64,000 nt of DNA from Candidatus Saccharimonadales bacterium (GCA_050730875.1 JBOHNX010000001.1:230620-294619), one strand, 5' to 3'; shown: positions 37,401-47,202, counted from the stretch's first letter. Made by a program: numbers and translations. The notes: generated from the sequence alone by a model not told the origin.

Positions 37401-40400
37401 CGCAACGCCATTATTTATGCCATAGTGCTGGAGCTGTGCAGTAGTTTGGTCAGAATTCCAACGCCACCAGCCGATAGCACCGTTCGGATTCCAGCCGGAT
37501 TTTGGCTGCATGCCGGCAATTGGATCGTCAGTATGGCCAGTCCAGCGCATAATAAGGCCGATAGCCGGACGGCCGCCACTTTGTGATGTTTGTGAACTTG
37601 CAAAGTCGACATTGTGGATGGTAATCGGCACTGTTACTTCGTAATCGGTCCAAGCTTTGTCGCCAATCGCCACTAACCGGTCGTAATCGGGTACGCTTGA
37701 GCGCACGCCTTCTGGGGTGAGCGTCCAGTAGCCATCTACGACCTGGGAGACATCAGAGATTTTAGTTGCTGCCGACCAGTCGGCCGTGTACGGCAACGTC
37801 CAGACCTGATTATTTTGATATTGGACGGTCACATCTTCGGTTACTGTTCCGGCTGCGCTATCGGCGGCAATTATGCGGACAGTATTTGAGCCTGGTACTA
37901 AGTCGGTTATTGCCAGGTCGATATTGAAGTCGCCAGGGCGGGCTAATCGGCGTTCGTCGGCACCGATCGAAAGTTGCTTTGAGACGCCACCGTTCAGTGT
38001 ATAAGACAGGCTGGTAACGGTTGGATCGGCGGTGCCAAGGATATTCACCCAGTTTTGCGGCGTGCCTTTGTCGCCAAACACTTGGTTATTGCCGTACCAG
38101 ACATCTACTACATCTGCCGGTGCTGGCGTGCCCACGATTGAGTCGTTGCGCCACAGACGCACAGTTTGGTAGGTGTCGTAACCTATGCTGACGATTTCTA
38201 AATCGCCATCGCCGTCGAGGTCTGCAGAGCGCGCGCCGTTGTGGCTCTCTTTGCCAGTATCGACGGTGTAACTATTCCAGCTAGCACCTCCGCCGACGTT
38301 TGCCCAAACAACAGTCGCTAAATTACCACCTCGGTGTTCGCCAGTGACGATATCGATTTTGCCATCACGCGTAAAGTCGCCGATATCCATGGATTCGATG
38401 GACCCTAAGCCAGTGGCAATGGTGTGCGGCACCCAACCGCCGGTAGAGGTTTGCTCGTACCAATGTAAGAGGCCCTGTTGCGTGTCCAGGTTGTCCTCGG
38501 TAGCGATGATGTCGGGGAGGCTATCACCGTTAACGTCGGCTACTTCGACGCGGGTCATCTCTGCGGTTGTATCGCCTACGAAGTTTTTTGCCCACGAACC
38601 AGCGCCGGTGCCTGGGTTGTTCCACCAGTTGACCTTTAGGCCTTCGGTGGTGCGGCTGCCATGCCAAGCGCCTACTAGGTCAACCCGGCCATCTTTGTTG
38701 ATATCGCCTGCGGCGATGCCTTCTTGGGTGCCGTCGGTATTAACTTGCACGCGCGGCCATGCGCCAGCCGCTGGATTTGCTGGGATGCTGAAATAGTACC
38801 AGCCTTCGTCGCCGCTAAATACCAGCTCGGGCTTGCCGCCCGGCACAATATCGGCCAGTTCGTAGCCTTGGCTTACGCGGTCACGCGACGTGTTCGGGAT
38901 GGTGCCGATAACAGTGTTGGTAAACGTAGTTGCAGCAGCATCGTTTGGTTTGTGCCAGGTGATGTCGATTGGCGCAGTGGTGCTGCGAGTTTGGGAAATG
39001 ATATCGAGTTGGCCATCGCTATCGACGTCGAGCACCAGCATGGCGTCTTTGCCGGCACCAAGGTCCGTGCGCGTCCACGCGCCGTTCAAATTACTGCCCG
39101 GGTTGCGGTACCAGTAGTGCCCGGCGATAATATCTTTTTGGCCGTCCCGGTTCATATCGCCAAAGTCCAGGCCAAATGCTTTCTCTGTTTTAGTTGAGTC
39201 AACGGTTATGTAGCTCCAAGCATTGGGAGTGCTGCCGCTATTCAGTTCGTTCTTCCAGAGATTGAGGTTGCCTTGGTCCGGTGCTTGGGTGGCACTCCAG
39301 TTGGCGCCGAAAATGTCAGTATCGCCGTCGTTATCGACATCACCCAGCGCAATGTTGTGCGAGCCAGTTGCAGCGATGGTTTGGTGCGTCCAGCTTGCGC
39401 CATTGCTTACACCGTAAAATACACCGACGCGGTCGGTGGCAGATTGGTGCATTTCGGCGTACACAATGTCTAGGTTGCCGTCTTTATCAATATCGTTTAC
39501 GTGGAAGCGGTGGATGTCGTCCATGCTGCCATCCGATACGTCGTGGCGGGTCCACGCGCCGTTGATTGGATCAGTTGGGTTCTCGAACCATGCGAGCGTG
39601 CCGAGACCGGCTTCAGATGGCGCCAGAAGTACGTCCATGCGACCGTCTTTGTTAATGTCGGCCACAGTTGTACTACAGCCATCCGTCCAAAGGGTGATGG
39701 TATAACGGAGCCATGCTGTGCCATCGGTGATGTTGCTTGCCGGCTGCTTCAGCCAGTAGCCGTTACCTACTACATCCATGCGACCGTCGCGGTCGATATC
39801 GGTGAGCGCTGTGCCTTGGGCATAGGGGGCATTATTAAGGCGGAATTTTGTCCAGGTGTCGGCGGTCGCGCCTTGCAAATAGACGTGGGTGGTGCCGAGC
39901 TCACCTACACCGCGGGTGACGACATCGAGTTTACCATCGGCATTCATATCACCAACTTGCAAGTCGTGCGAATTGGCAGTGTCGATGACGTGGTGTGTCC
40001 ACGGGCCTTGTGCATTCCCGCCGCTGCCATGAGGGTTTTCGTACCAAGCGATGCCGCCGTTTACAATGACATCGGTTGCGCCATCGTTGTTGATATCGCC
40101 AACCTGCAGATCGTCATCGCCGCCGAGAGTACCAATTTGAAATTTTGTCCAAGAGGGGTTTTTGTACCAGTAGATATTTGTGCCTTGGCCACCACCGCCA
40201 GTAATGGCATCCAGCAGACCGTCGCCATCGACATCCGCTAGGTTTTTGCCCCAGGGTGCTTGCGCAGCTTCGATGGTTGAAAGCGTGAACGGGACGGTTG
40301 CAGCCTTGGCTGGCAACGCAGCAAGCAGCGGTCCGGCTACTGAAAATACTGCAAACAAAGCTGCAGCTAAACCGTAGTTTAAGCGGCTAAAAGTTTTCTT

Positions 40401-40403
40401 CAT
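34422..40403 (-). CDS. giant secreted protein: FG-GAP/VCBS beta-propeller repeats + LamG-like domain + ~6 fibronectin type III domains + C-terminal domain
   Basis: 1993 aa; signal peptide; repeated DxDGDGxxD/DINNDG motifs; LamG-like NFDGADDYVNI...ISAWV; FN3 repeats PPVISNV...VEYGTT..YG. Confidence 0.85.
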   Translation of the reverse strand: MKKTFSRLNYGLAAALFAVFSVAGPLLAALPAKAATVPFTLSTIEAAQAPWGKNLADVDGDGLLDAITGGGGQGTNIYWYKNPSWTKFQIGTLGGDDDLQVGDINNDGATDVIVNGGIAWYENPHGSGGNAQGPWTHHVIDTANSHDLQVGDMNADGKLDVVTRGVGELGTTHVYLQGATADTWTKFRLNNAPYAQGTALTDIDRDGRMDVVGNGYWLKQPASNITDGTAWLRYTITLWTDGCSTTVADINKDGRMDVLLAPSEAGLGTLAWFENPTDPINGAWTRHDVSDGSMDDIHRFHVNDIDKDGNLDIVYAEMHQSATDRVGVFYGVSNGASWTHQTIAATGSHNIALGDVDNDGDTDIFGANWSATQAPDQGNLNLWKNELNSGSTPNAWSYITVDSTKTEKAFGLDFGDMNRDGQKDIIAGHYWYRNPGSNLNGAWTRTDLGAGKDAMLVLDVDSDGQLDIISQTRSTTAPIDITWHKPNDAAATTFTNTVIGTIPNTSRDRVSQGYELADIVPGGKPELVFSGDEGWYYFSIPANPAAGAWPRVQVNTDGTQEGIAAGDINKDGRVDLVGAWHGSRTTEGLKVNWWNNPGTGAGSWAKNFVGDTTAEMTRVEVADVNGDSLPDIIATEDNLDTQQGLLHWYEQTSTGGWVPHTIATGLGSIESMDIGDFTRDGKIDIVTGEHRGGNLATVVWANVGGGASWNSYTVDTGKESHNGARSADLDGDGDLEIVSIGYDTYQTVRLWRNDSIVGTPAPADVVDVWYGNNQVFGDKGTPQNWVNILGTADPTVTSLSYTLNGGVSKQLSIGADERRLARPGDFNIDLAITDLVPGSNTVRIIAADSAAGTVTEDVTVQYQNNQVWTLPYTADWSAATKISDVSQVVDGYWTLTPEGVRSSVPDYDRLVAIGDKAWTDYEVTVPITIHNVDFASSQTSQSGGRPAIGLIMRWTGHTDDPIAGMQPKSGWNPNGAIGWWRWNSDQTTAQLQHYGINNGVASTPVVGTTYLMKQRVETQPDGSSTYSMKVWEAGQPEPATWSLVNTVPAGGLANGSLALVAHHVDATYGNVTITPLGSGGDITPPVVSNVATTNVTQSSATVGWTTNEAASSRVEYGTDTAYGSTKTVAGFGTQHTVNLDALAPGTTYHYRVVSSDAASNQTVSADLTFTTATPDTTAPVISNVASNNVTATGATITWNTNEVSDSQVEYGTTTAYGQSTPPNATMVADHSASLSGLQPGTTYHYRVLSRDGAGNVATSTDETFTTPVVPPTLQGHWQFDEASGLLAADSSGNGRGGTLELGANFVSPGRFGNAVNFDGADDYVNIQPFDVSGQAMTISAWVNPDSFTGSYQDNRIISKANGSSEQSHYWMLSTFKKDTQTVLRFRLKAGGTTKTLIATTGNVPLNQWSHVVARYDGTTMKLYLNGTEVGWVGKTGAIDTDPTVGVNIGRNPGSNSSEWDGKIDDARVYSRALDAAEIQDLATGTPTDTTAPSISNVASSNVTTAGATVQWTTNEPADSLVEYGSTTAYGSSTPLGTNLTANHSADLSGLQAGTTYHYRVLSKDAAGNSAVSGDFTFTTAQPPVQDTTPPVISNIVSSNATTSSATITWDTDEPADSQVEYGTTDQFGSVTAPNTALTTSHSNALSGLQPGTTYHYRVLSRDGAGNVATSASATLTTEAAPPADATPPAISAVSSSNVTTNAATITWTTDEAADTQVEYGTTAAYGSSTPLNATLATSHSAGLSGLASNTTYHYRVLSRDSAGNLAASGDFSFTTEADPVPSPIAHIQNAAATSIGTSSAATISQAFDTPNTIGNTIVVAFSWGSNANPTCSDTQGNVYAIATRQYDSTKNQSLAVCYATNVKASANTVTVSFSASAKYHRLVIHEYSGIDTANPVDVTSMNNAVGTTGTDAITSGNATTTANGALIFGAIMDDTGTTDITAGTGFTYRNSVNNEDLFTQDMVQPTAGQVASTNTFALAHRYLSQMVAFRAVQ

Positions 40404-40518
40404 ATGGTACCCCCTCTAACTACTTGTGAAAACATCCGTATCATACAGTAAAAAATATAAATATACTAGTAATAAAATATTTCAACTATATTATCAACAT
40501 TAAGTATCCTGCCTACAA

Positions 40519-40551
40519 CAAAAGAACCGGCGATGACCGGCTCTTTTGTTT
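40519..40551 (-). terminator. bidirectional intrinsic terminator hairpin (AGAACCGG-CGATGA-CCGGCTCT) with flanking A/T tracts
   Basis: lies just downstream of minus-strand gene 40587..41276. Confidence 0.5.
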
Positions 40552-40586
40552 GGGGTTTGTTAGCCTAAGCTGTTTTATAGAATAAC

Positions 40587-41276
40587 CTAAGCGTTGCTGA
40601 CTGGTTCGGTTTCAGTAGACTCTACCGCTGGGGTTAGGATTGGGCCGTTGTATGGTGGTGGTGCTGGAGCATCTATGTCTATATCGACATCAATGTCGGT
40701 TTCAGTCTTTTGTTTGGTGATGTTCGTAGTGTCGGCATGTGGTGAGTTGACGTTTACGGTTGTGTTGTTGCTGTTCTGGTCGCCAACAATTGCCTGGTTG
40801 ACGTTTACGTTGATGTTGCTTTTGTCGACTATCTTGGTGTACGACTTGCTTACATTAACGCTGTTGTCGTTGTAAGAATCCTTAATGGTGGTATGCGTTA
40901 TGTTCGTATTGTGAATTTCGGTCTTCTTTATGTGGGTTGATTTGTCGACGTGTTTTTTGACGACTTTTTTGGCGGGTGTACTATCTTGGGATTCTTGGCT
41001 TGTTGTTTGAGCGCTGAGTACTTGCCCTGACCCTCCGACGGCTTGCTGCGGTTCAACGCAGTTGGCTACCGGTGTTTCGGTGCTTGTTGATGATAAGTTT
41101 GCTGTTGGAACGGAGTGCGCAGCTTGCGCAACCTCCTGGCCTACGACTGCTTTTGCAACGTAGACGCTGGTGACGACGGCGACCGGAATCGCTACTAGCA
41201 TTCCTGCGAACGCCGAAATAAATGGAATGAATACATTCCTCTTGCTCTCATCGAAATGAGACTTTATACGTGCCAT
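40587..41276 (-). CDS. membrane-anchored low-complexity S/T/N-rich protein
   Basis: 229 aa; one N-terminal TM; repetitive polar C-terminal region ending in PAPPPYNGPI. Confidence 0.5.
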   Translation of the reverse strand: MARIKSHFDESKRNVFIPFISAFAGMLVAIPVAVVTSVYVAKAVVGQEVAQAAHSVPTANLSSTSTETPVANCVEPQQAVGGSGQVLSAQTTSQESQDSTPAKKVVKKHVDKSTHIKKTEIHNTNITHTTIKDSYNDNSVNVSKSYTKIVDKSNINVNVNQAIVGDQNSNNTTVNVNSPHADTTNITKQKTETDIDVDIDIDAPAPPPYNGPILTPAVESTETEPVSNA

Positions 41277-41389
41277 AATGGTTCCCCTCCGAGGTTGTTA
41301 AAATTACCCCACTATTATTTAAGCACTTAACATAAGCATTTTCAATATTTTTTCACGCTACCCTTTTGAACAGTGGAAATCTTTTTATG

Positions 41390-43129
41390 TTATTGCTGCT
41401 TTTGTAGTTCTGTAAGCGCTGCATCAACTGTTTTTACGGCGATGCCACTTTCTTTGATGATACGAATATGCTGTTCGAATGTTTTAGGGGTTATGGCGAC
41501 GTCGCTCTTCACGCCATCTTCAATATGATGGTAGGTTAAAATTAACCAGCCGTTTTTTGCTTTCGTTTCGTTCAATAATGCTTTGATAAGCTCAGGCGTG
41601 GTATCGGTGCGAATAAACAGGATTGTCAGATTGTGCGCATCAAGATTTTGGCGAGTATTTATACCACTTTCGGTGCCGCGGTGACTCCGGTAGTACTTGT
41701 GTGCATAGGCTAGCACCTCGGGGTCGCTCCGGCCGTACGGTGTTGCAAAGTCTATAGCTTGCAGTCCGAACTCTCGCTGCAAATAGTCGCGGGCTGTCTT
41801 AAGGTGTCGGTCGAGCTCTTGGACATGAACGGCGGTCATGTCGATATGGTCATAGCCGTGCGATGCCAGGTGGTGGCCACGGTTTTTAAGGTCTTCGGCC
41901 ATTTTTATATCAAGAAAATTGACCGCATTAATGGTGCCTGGGTTTATGTAAAAAGTTGCTTTGTAGTTTTGTGCATCTAGTAGGCGCGCTCCATTGTCGT
42001 ATTCGGACAGCCATCCATCATCGAATGTAAATGAAACCAGTGGGCGGTCAAACTGCGGCTTGCCTGGCTTTGTCACGTTGCTTAAAAAATAGTTGTCGGT
42101 ATTGAGCGTGCCGTTTTTGTGAAGAATCAGTAAAACGGTCATCTGCGTGACGCCACTGGGGACATCGACGTATTGCTTTATGCGAGTCCACTCGTTAGCT
42201 GGCGCCATGCTCGCAAGGTGGTCGAATTCGTACTGGCCGTTGGCGTGGACGAATTCGGCAACCACGTCGACGGGTGCGTCGCTTTGATAATCGGCGCTAA
42301 AGTAAAAGTACTCCCCTGCACTTACTGGTAGCGGATCGTACTGCCATTTCGCTTCACCATTTTTGAAGTTTACAACCTGCGCACGAACAAACGTAGTACC
42401 CGCATCGTTGACGTACGAAAAGGCAGTTTGATTAGTTCCTTCGTGGTACATCGACCAGTCCTTTGGCAGTGGACCATCCGCAGCGCTGAAGTCGCCATTG
42501 GGAATTAGGTTGTTAGTTTTTGGAGGCTCGGGCGGTATGTAAATATTTTCAGTTTTTTCCTCGAGGTATGTGTCGTCTAAATCAAGCGAACCATTTGCTG
42601 CGATGCGGTAGACAAACTGAACAGCCTGAATGCTGTCGCCGGTGTCGATTGCCGCACTGATTGTTGACCACGGATCGTCATAATCGATATAGCTGCGGAT
42701 GAGCTCGAGCCGCTGCGAACCATCTTTATAAAAGTAGCGAACTAGCAAGTCGAAGTTGACGGTCGCGATATAGTAACCCTTATACAAATACTTACTAAAT
42801 GGTTTTACACTAACCTTCGGGCTTGCCAGGCTAATATCCCCGCTTCTATAGTCGGTAACTTCTAGCCGGAAAGCATTGCCGGACGCGTATGGTTCTATCT
42901 TGCTTGTCGTATAGCCGAGGTTGCCATTCTTAGTAATGTGCCATCCTTGTGGTGCGCCGGATGGTTCGATGTAATCAAAGCTGGAGTGTGGCAGCATGTT
43001 GTTGGCGGAGGTATTTAAATGACGCGAGGTCTCCAAAAACTGAACCCAACCAAACCACAACAGCCCTACTACTGGTAGAACGACGATGAATGGATTTGCA
43101 AAAAATCTGCGCAGCCGTTTCTTGCTCAT
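41390..43129 (-). CDS. polysaccharide deacetylase (NodB/CE4 domain) with N-terminal TM and beta-sandwich carbohydrate-binding-like domains
   Basis: 579 aa; SFTFDDGW...HLASHGYDHIDM NodB motifs in the C-terminal half; ATGA overlap with upstream GT2. Confidence 0.8.
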   Translation of the reverse strand: MSKKRLRRFFANPFIVVLPVVGLLWFGWVQFLETSRHLNTSANNMLPHSSFDYIEPSGAPQGWHITKNGNLGYTTSKIEPYASGNAFRLEVTDYRSGDISLASPKVSVKPFSKYLYKGYYIATVNFDLLVRYFYKDGSQRLELIRSYIDYDDPWSTISAAIDTGDSIQAVQFVYRIAANGSLDLDDTYLEEKTENIYIPPEPPKTNNLIPNGDFSAADGPLPKDWSMYHEGTNQTAFSYVNDAGTTFVRAQVVNFKNGEAKWQYDPLPVSAGEYFYFSADYQSDAPVDVVAEFVHANGQYEFDHLASMAPANEWTRIKQYVDVPSGVTQMTVLLILHKNGTLNTDNYFLSNVTKPGKPQFDRPLVSFTFDDGWLSEYDNGARLLDAQNYKATFYINPGTINAVNFLDIKMAEDLKNRGHHLASHGYDHIDMTAVHVQELDRHLKTARDYLQREFGLQAIDFATPYGRSDPEVLAYAHKYYRSHRGTESGINTRQNLDAHNLTILFIRTDTTPELIKALLNETKAKNGWLILTYHHIEDGVKSDVAITPKTFEQHIRIIKESGIAVKTVDAALTELQKQQ

Positions 43130-44415
43130 ATCCTACCCGTTAGCACTTCCCGCCCGATGCGTCGGGGCGATACCCATTTTCCACCAACATTTTTTTCTGC
43201 CAGCAATTGTTGTGTCCGCAAAACGCAGCGGATGGCGGCTAGAAATTGCACGACATCCATAATGTAGAAGATGAAATACGCAACCGGTGCATACAGGCTC
43301 ATATAAATTCTGTGTCGGAGTGAGGCATGCTCGTCCCACCAGAGGGTTACAAATGTGTAGAGGGTGATAGTAAGGTATGAACCAAAAAAGAATCCCGGGT
43401 GTTGGTATGCCAGCGTGATGTAGAGCATATAACTCCATATAAATGGGCTGAGCAGAAGTGTAATCTCGCCAAAAATTGCCATCGGGAGACGATACATAGT
43501 AAGCGCGAGTGTATAGCGCGGTTCGAAGTTAGCAATGAGGCGACGATGCTTAATAATGCCCTGCAGGCCGCCGTACTTCCAACGAAAGCGTTGGCGAATA
43601 AGTCCTCTCAAACTATCGACTCCTTCGGTTTTGGCAACAACATCGGCGGCATAGATGATTCGATGTTCGCGATTACCAAGCCGTGCTACCTTTATGCTGA
43701 GGCCAATGTCTTCGGTGACGGTATCGGTGTCGTAAAATTTCGCCTTGCGTAGCACGCTCATTCGGTAGGTCGAGGCCACGCCACCGACAACGTATTCGCA
43801 ATTGGTCAGCGAATAGATTTTCTTGGACCGGTACCCAATCATATGCTCAAACTTTTGCAGGATTCCTAGCACGGTTGGCTCTTCAATAATCTGTACATTG
43901 GCAGCAACGCCTGCGACGCTCGGGTCGGCAAAATACATACAAGCATTTTTAATTGCATCGCGTGTCAGCAGCGAATCGGCATCGAGTGTCATAACAAACT
44001 TACCCCGCGCGTGACGGCGCAGCGCGTAGTTGAGCGCTTCGCCTTTGCCACGGTTTTTACGCCGGCAAACCAGCGTAAGCATAAGGTGCGGGTGCGCTTT
44101 TTTATATTGCCGCACAAGCCTGGCGGTGGCATCTTCGGATCCATCGTCGATCACTATAATCTGTACTTTTCTGACACTACTTTTTCGGATCGATTCTAAG
44201 CAGCGGATTATAACCTTTTGTTCATTGTGGGCAGGTATAAGCACGCTAATCAGCGGTCGTGTCCGGTGACGTCGGGGCTTTCGCATGCTCTGACGTCTGA
44301 ATTGCCACATGTCATAAAAGCTTGCCCCGGTTAGATACAGTCCAAAGTGGAGGACATAGAGTGTGCTTGCCGCAGCAAACAAATAAAAGACGACGCTTTC
44401 TAAGTCTATGTCCAT
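43126..44415 (-). CDS. PgaC/IcaA-like processive GT2 (poly-beta-1,6-GlcNAc synthase family)
   Basis: 429 aa; VLIPAHNE, DADS, QRFRW motifs with N- and C-terminal TM helices. Confidence 0.85.
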   Translation of the reverse strand: MDIDLESVVFYLFAAASTLYVLHFGLYLTGASFYDMWQFRRQSMRKPRRHRTRPLISVLIPAHNEQKVIIRCLESIRKSSVRKVQIIVIDDGSEDATARLVRQYKKAHPHLMLTLVCRRKNRGKGEALNYALRRHARGKFVMTLDADSLLTRDAIKNACMYFADPSVAGVAANVQIIEEPTVLGILQKFEHMIGYRSKKIYSLTNCEYVVGGVASTYRMSVLRKAKFYDTDTVTEDIGLSIKVARLGNREHRIIYAADVVAKTEGVDSLRGLIRQRFRWKYGGLQGIIKHRRLIANFEPRYTLALTMYRLPMAIFGEITLLLSPFIWSYMLYITLAYQHPGFFFGSYLTITLYTFVTLWWDEHASLRHRIYMSLYAPVAYFIFYIMDVVQFLAAIRCVLRTQQLLAEKNVGGKWVSPRRIGREVLTGRI

Positions 44416-44424
44416 TAGCCCACC

Positions 44425-44655
44425 TTACTGTTGGTGCGTGCTGATACCCCCACGCTTCACTCGCCTATGTGCTCGGCGCGCAACGGCCCGAATGGTAAGG
44501 CTTATAAAAACCACCATCCAAGTGATGGCGCTGACGAGTGCTAAAAAAGTGAAAAAATCGGTATTGCGCTTAGATTGGGCGATAGCAAGGTAGATGTATT
44601 GGAGTGTGGTGCCGATGCCGTAATGTAGTGCTTCCATAACCCACGCTCTTTGCAA
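44425..44655 (-). CDS. small 2-TM membrane protein immediately upstream of the GT2 (possible synthase accessory)
   Basis: 76 aa hydrophobic ORF; position only. Confidence 0.3.
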   Translation of the reverse strand: MQRAWVMEALHYGIGTTLQYIYLAIAQSKRNTDFFTFLALVSAITWMVVFISLTIRAVARRAHRRVKRGGISTHQQ

Positions 44656-44767
44656 CTAAGTTTACATACCTAACTAAATTTAATAGTAGCACTAGTTATG
44701 ATTTGATACAACTATTTCACAACATTCAGCGTATGAGGGGTGTATTATGGTTATGTAGGTAAAGTAC

Positions 44768-46522
44768 ATGGAACATTTGTCTGAGCGCCCCCGCCGAATT
44801 ACACGCAAAGAGCTGCTGCGGCTTGGAGCGCTCGGTGTACTTGGAGGAATCTTGCTTGGCTGCAGTGCACCACCTTCTCGGTCAGAGACGGTCATCGCGC
44901 AAGAATCGCACGAAGTGAATCGTGAAATTAATTTATTGGAAAAACAATGGACCTACCTGCCCGGCTCGCAGCGCGAGGCCGCTGGACTACGGATTCAGGC
45001 AAACGATTTTGCAATTGTTGAGCAGGACGGCTCGGGTGGCCAGGAGAATCCTCCGGTTAACTTGTTTGGCACACGACTTGCTGTAAAGGGTGGTTTTGCC
45101 CTGCAGGCACAACTGCTACGGCCAGCGAGCGTTAGCGCGTCACTGCAATTTTATGGTGAGGTTCCACTTGTTGCCGACGATTTTCGTCTCGAGCGCAAAA
45201 GCATCCGTGTGACGGCTGCAAAAGATTCGATAACCGTTAACATGTGGGATGGTTCGCGCCAGGAGCCAGTTGATTCTCGGACCTTCGATTTCCCAGCTCA
45301 AGGCAGGTTGGCACTCCGCATGGAACGGCTAAAGGGTAAGCTTGCTTTTACTGCGAACGGCCAGAAGTTGGGCGAAATGGATGAACGCGGCGTGTTCTCT
45401 GCTGGTCAACTGTGGTTCGGTGCAAACAGCACGAGTGGCAGTTGGTTTCTGTCTGAACTACAAGCCGAAGAGCTTGCTGGTGGTGAATTGCAATTTGTCG
45501 ATACCGCTACTCTAAAAGTGGAACGCGATCCGCAAGGCTTACAAACGCTTGCCCGAGCTAAGCGCAGCGGCTTTACTATTGGCGCAGCAATGGCGCTGGC
45601 GCCCATGGTGTCGGATAATGATTACGCACGAGCTGCTCTGGCCGGCAACTTTGGAAGCATAACCACCGAGAACGCGCTGAAATGGCAATTTGTACATCCG
45701 AAGCCCGACGTCTATGACTTCCACGAGGCCGATGCGCTGGTAGCGCTTGCCGAGCGCCACGCTATGGCGGTGCATGGACACGCGTTGATTTTTGGCGAAG
45801 CAAATCCGCGCTGGGTGCAAGATTTGCCTGCCAACAAAGTCGAAACAACTATGATTGATCATCTCCGTACAACTGCAGCACACTTTAAGGGTCGTGTTGC
45901 CAGCTGGGATGTGATTAACGAACCGCTCATGCCTTACGAAGAAGCCGAACGGCGCGGCATAACAGGTCTACGTAATCATATTTGGTACCGCGCAATGGGA
46001 GAATCGTACATTGTGAAAGCAATGGCGGCTATGCATAATACCGACTCCGATGCGCTGCTCTGCATAAACGAGTATGGACTAGAAGCCGACGACGAACGCT
46101 GGGATGCTTTTATGGCGCTGATGAAGCGTCTCAAACCACAGCTCGAAGCTGCAGGAGTGCCCCGGGAAAAGGTTTGTGTTGGATTCCAGGGGCATGTATA
46201 CGAACCGGCCGATCGGATTGACCCCGAAGTACTGCAGCGTCATATGCAAGCGCTCGGCGAGCTCGGTTTTAAGGTGCGAGTTTCGGAGATGGACGTATAC
46301 GGTTCGTCCGGTGCCGGTGTTCAAGCGCGGCAGTATGCAAGTGTGTTTAAGGCATGTTTTGAAGAATCGAATTGTGTGGGTTGGACAGCCTGGATTCTTT
46401 CAGATAAGTATAATTACTATAAAGATAATAATGTCATTAAACGTGGTGTTGATGGGTTATTTGGCACCGACATGCACCCACGGACGGCACTTAATTCAAT
46501 ACGCGAAGTGCTCGAGAATTAG
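44768..46522 (+). CDS. lipoprotein with N-terminal unknown domain and C-terminal glycoside hydrolase family 10-like catalytic domain
   Basis: 584 aa; lipobox LLGC; GH10 motifs ITTENALKW, WDVINEP, VSEMD. Confidence 0.7.
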   Translation: MEHLSERPRRITRKELLRLGALGVLGGILLGCSAPPSRSETVIAQESHEVNREINLLEKQWTYLPGSQREAAGLRIQANDFAIVEQDGSGGQENPPVNLFGTRLAVKGGFALQAQLLRPASVSASLQFYGEVPLVADDFRLERKSIRVTAAKDSITVNMWDGSRQEPVDSRTFDFPAQGRLALRMERLKGKLAFTANGQKLGEMDERGVFSAGQLWFGANSTSGSWFLSELQAEELAGGELQFVDTATLKVERDPQGLQTLARAKRSGFTIGAAMALAPMVSDNDYARAALAGNFGSITTENALKWQFVHPKPDVYDFHEADALVALAERHAMAVHGHALIFGEANPRWVQDLPANKVETTMIDHLRTTAAHFKGRVASWDVINEPLMPYEEAERRGITGLRNHIWYRAMGESYIVKAMAAMHNTDSDALLCINEYGLEADDERWDAFMALMKRLKPQLEAAGVPREKVCVGFQGHVYEPADRIDPEVLQRHMQALGELGFKVRVSEMDVYGSSGAGVQARQYASVFKACFEESNCVGWTAWILSDKYNYYKDNNVIKRGVDGLFGTDMHPRTALNSIREVLEN

Positions 46523-46575
46523 AGCTCATCTCATTAGTTTTATGATAGGCTGAGTGTAAGGAACCATGCTCGGCT

Positions 46576-47202
46576 ATGCGTTTAACTAATTTTCGTACAC
46601 ACGTTCAGGCGCTTAAAGACTCCGCGAGTACTTTTGACAATCACTGGCACTACCTTTACCGCCGCCATGCGCGTTGGCATGGTGTCAGCAACAAACAAAT
46701 TATTATCAGCCAAATATTTACCGTGGTTGCTTCGGTTGCAGCCGGTTTATTGCTGGACATAACAAAAGAGGGTTTGGCCGTTTTGGTTGGTGGCCTGCTT
46801 TTGCTCCCAGGGATTATCGACCTTGCCGCATCGTTGACTGGTGCAATGAGCGCCAAAATTCATCACCGGCTAGATACGACCGATGTCCCTGCATGGTTGG
46901 TGGTTGTTAACGCTGTGTTGTTTGCGATGTTCGTTGGTATTTTGGCGGGTGCGATGGTTGGCGTGGCGGGAGGTGTTATTGGTGTCCTCTTTTTTGGTGC
47001 TGCGTTTTCCAAAATGGTGCTACTTGCAGTTGTGTCGATGGGCATTATCGGGTTCATAAGTTATCCGTTAATGGCACTGTTTGTGTTGCTTTTGCGCCGC
47101 CTTGGTATAAACCCCGACAATGTGGCTGGTCCTGTTGAAAACTCGGTGGTAGATATGGTCGCGATTGTGGTAGTTGCTGGTGTGGCGAGGCTGCTGGTAT
47201 GA
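46576..47202 (+). CDS. MgtE-type divalent cation transporter membrane-domain protein (half 1)
   Basis: 208 aa polytopic; PGIIDLAASLTGAMSAKI resembles the MgtE TM-domain motif. Confidence 0.4.
   Translation: MRLTNFRTHVQALKDSASTFDNHWHYLYRRHARWHGVSNKQIIISQIFTVVASVAAGLLLDITKEGLAVLVGGLLLLPGIIDLAASLTGAMSAKIHHRLDTTDVPAWLVVVNAVLFAMFVGILAGAMVGVAGGVIGVLFFGAAFSKMVLLAVVSMGIIGFISYPLMALFVLLLRRLGINPDNVAGPVENSVVDMVAIVVVAGVARLLV

Noticed and set aside
34480-40377. Plus-strand ORFs embedded in the giant minus-strand gene
   Set aside because: They are antisense to a continuous 1993-codon gene with clear domain structure and have low-complexity composition.
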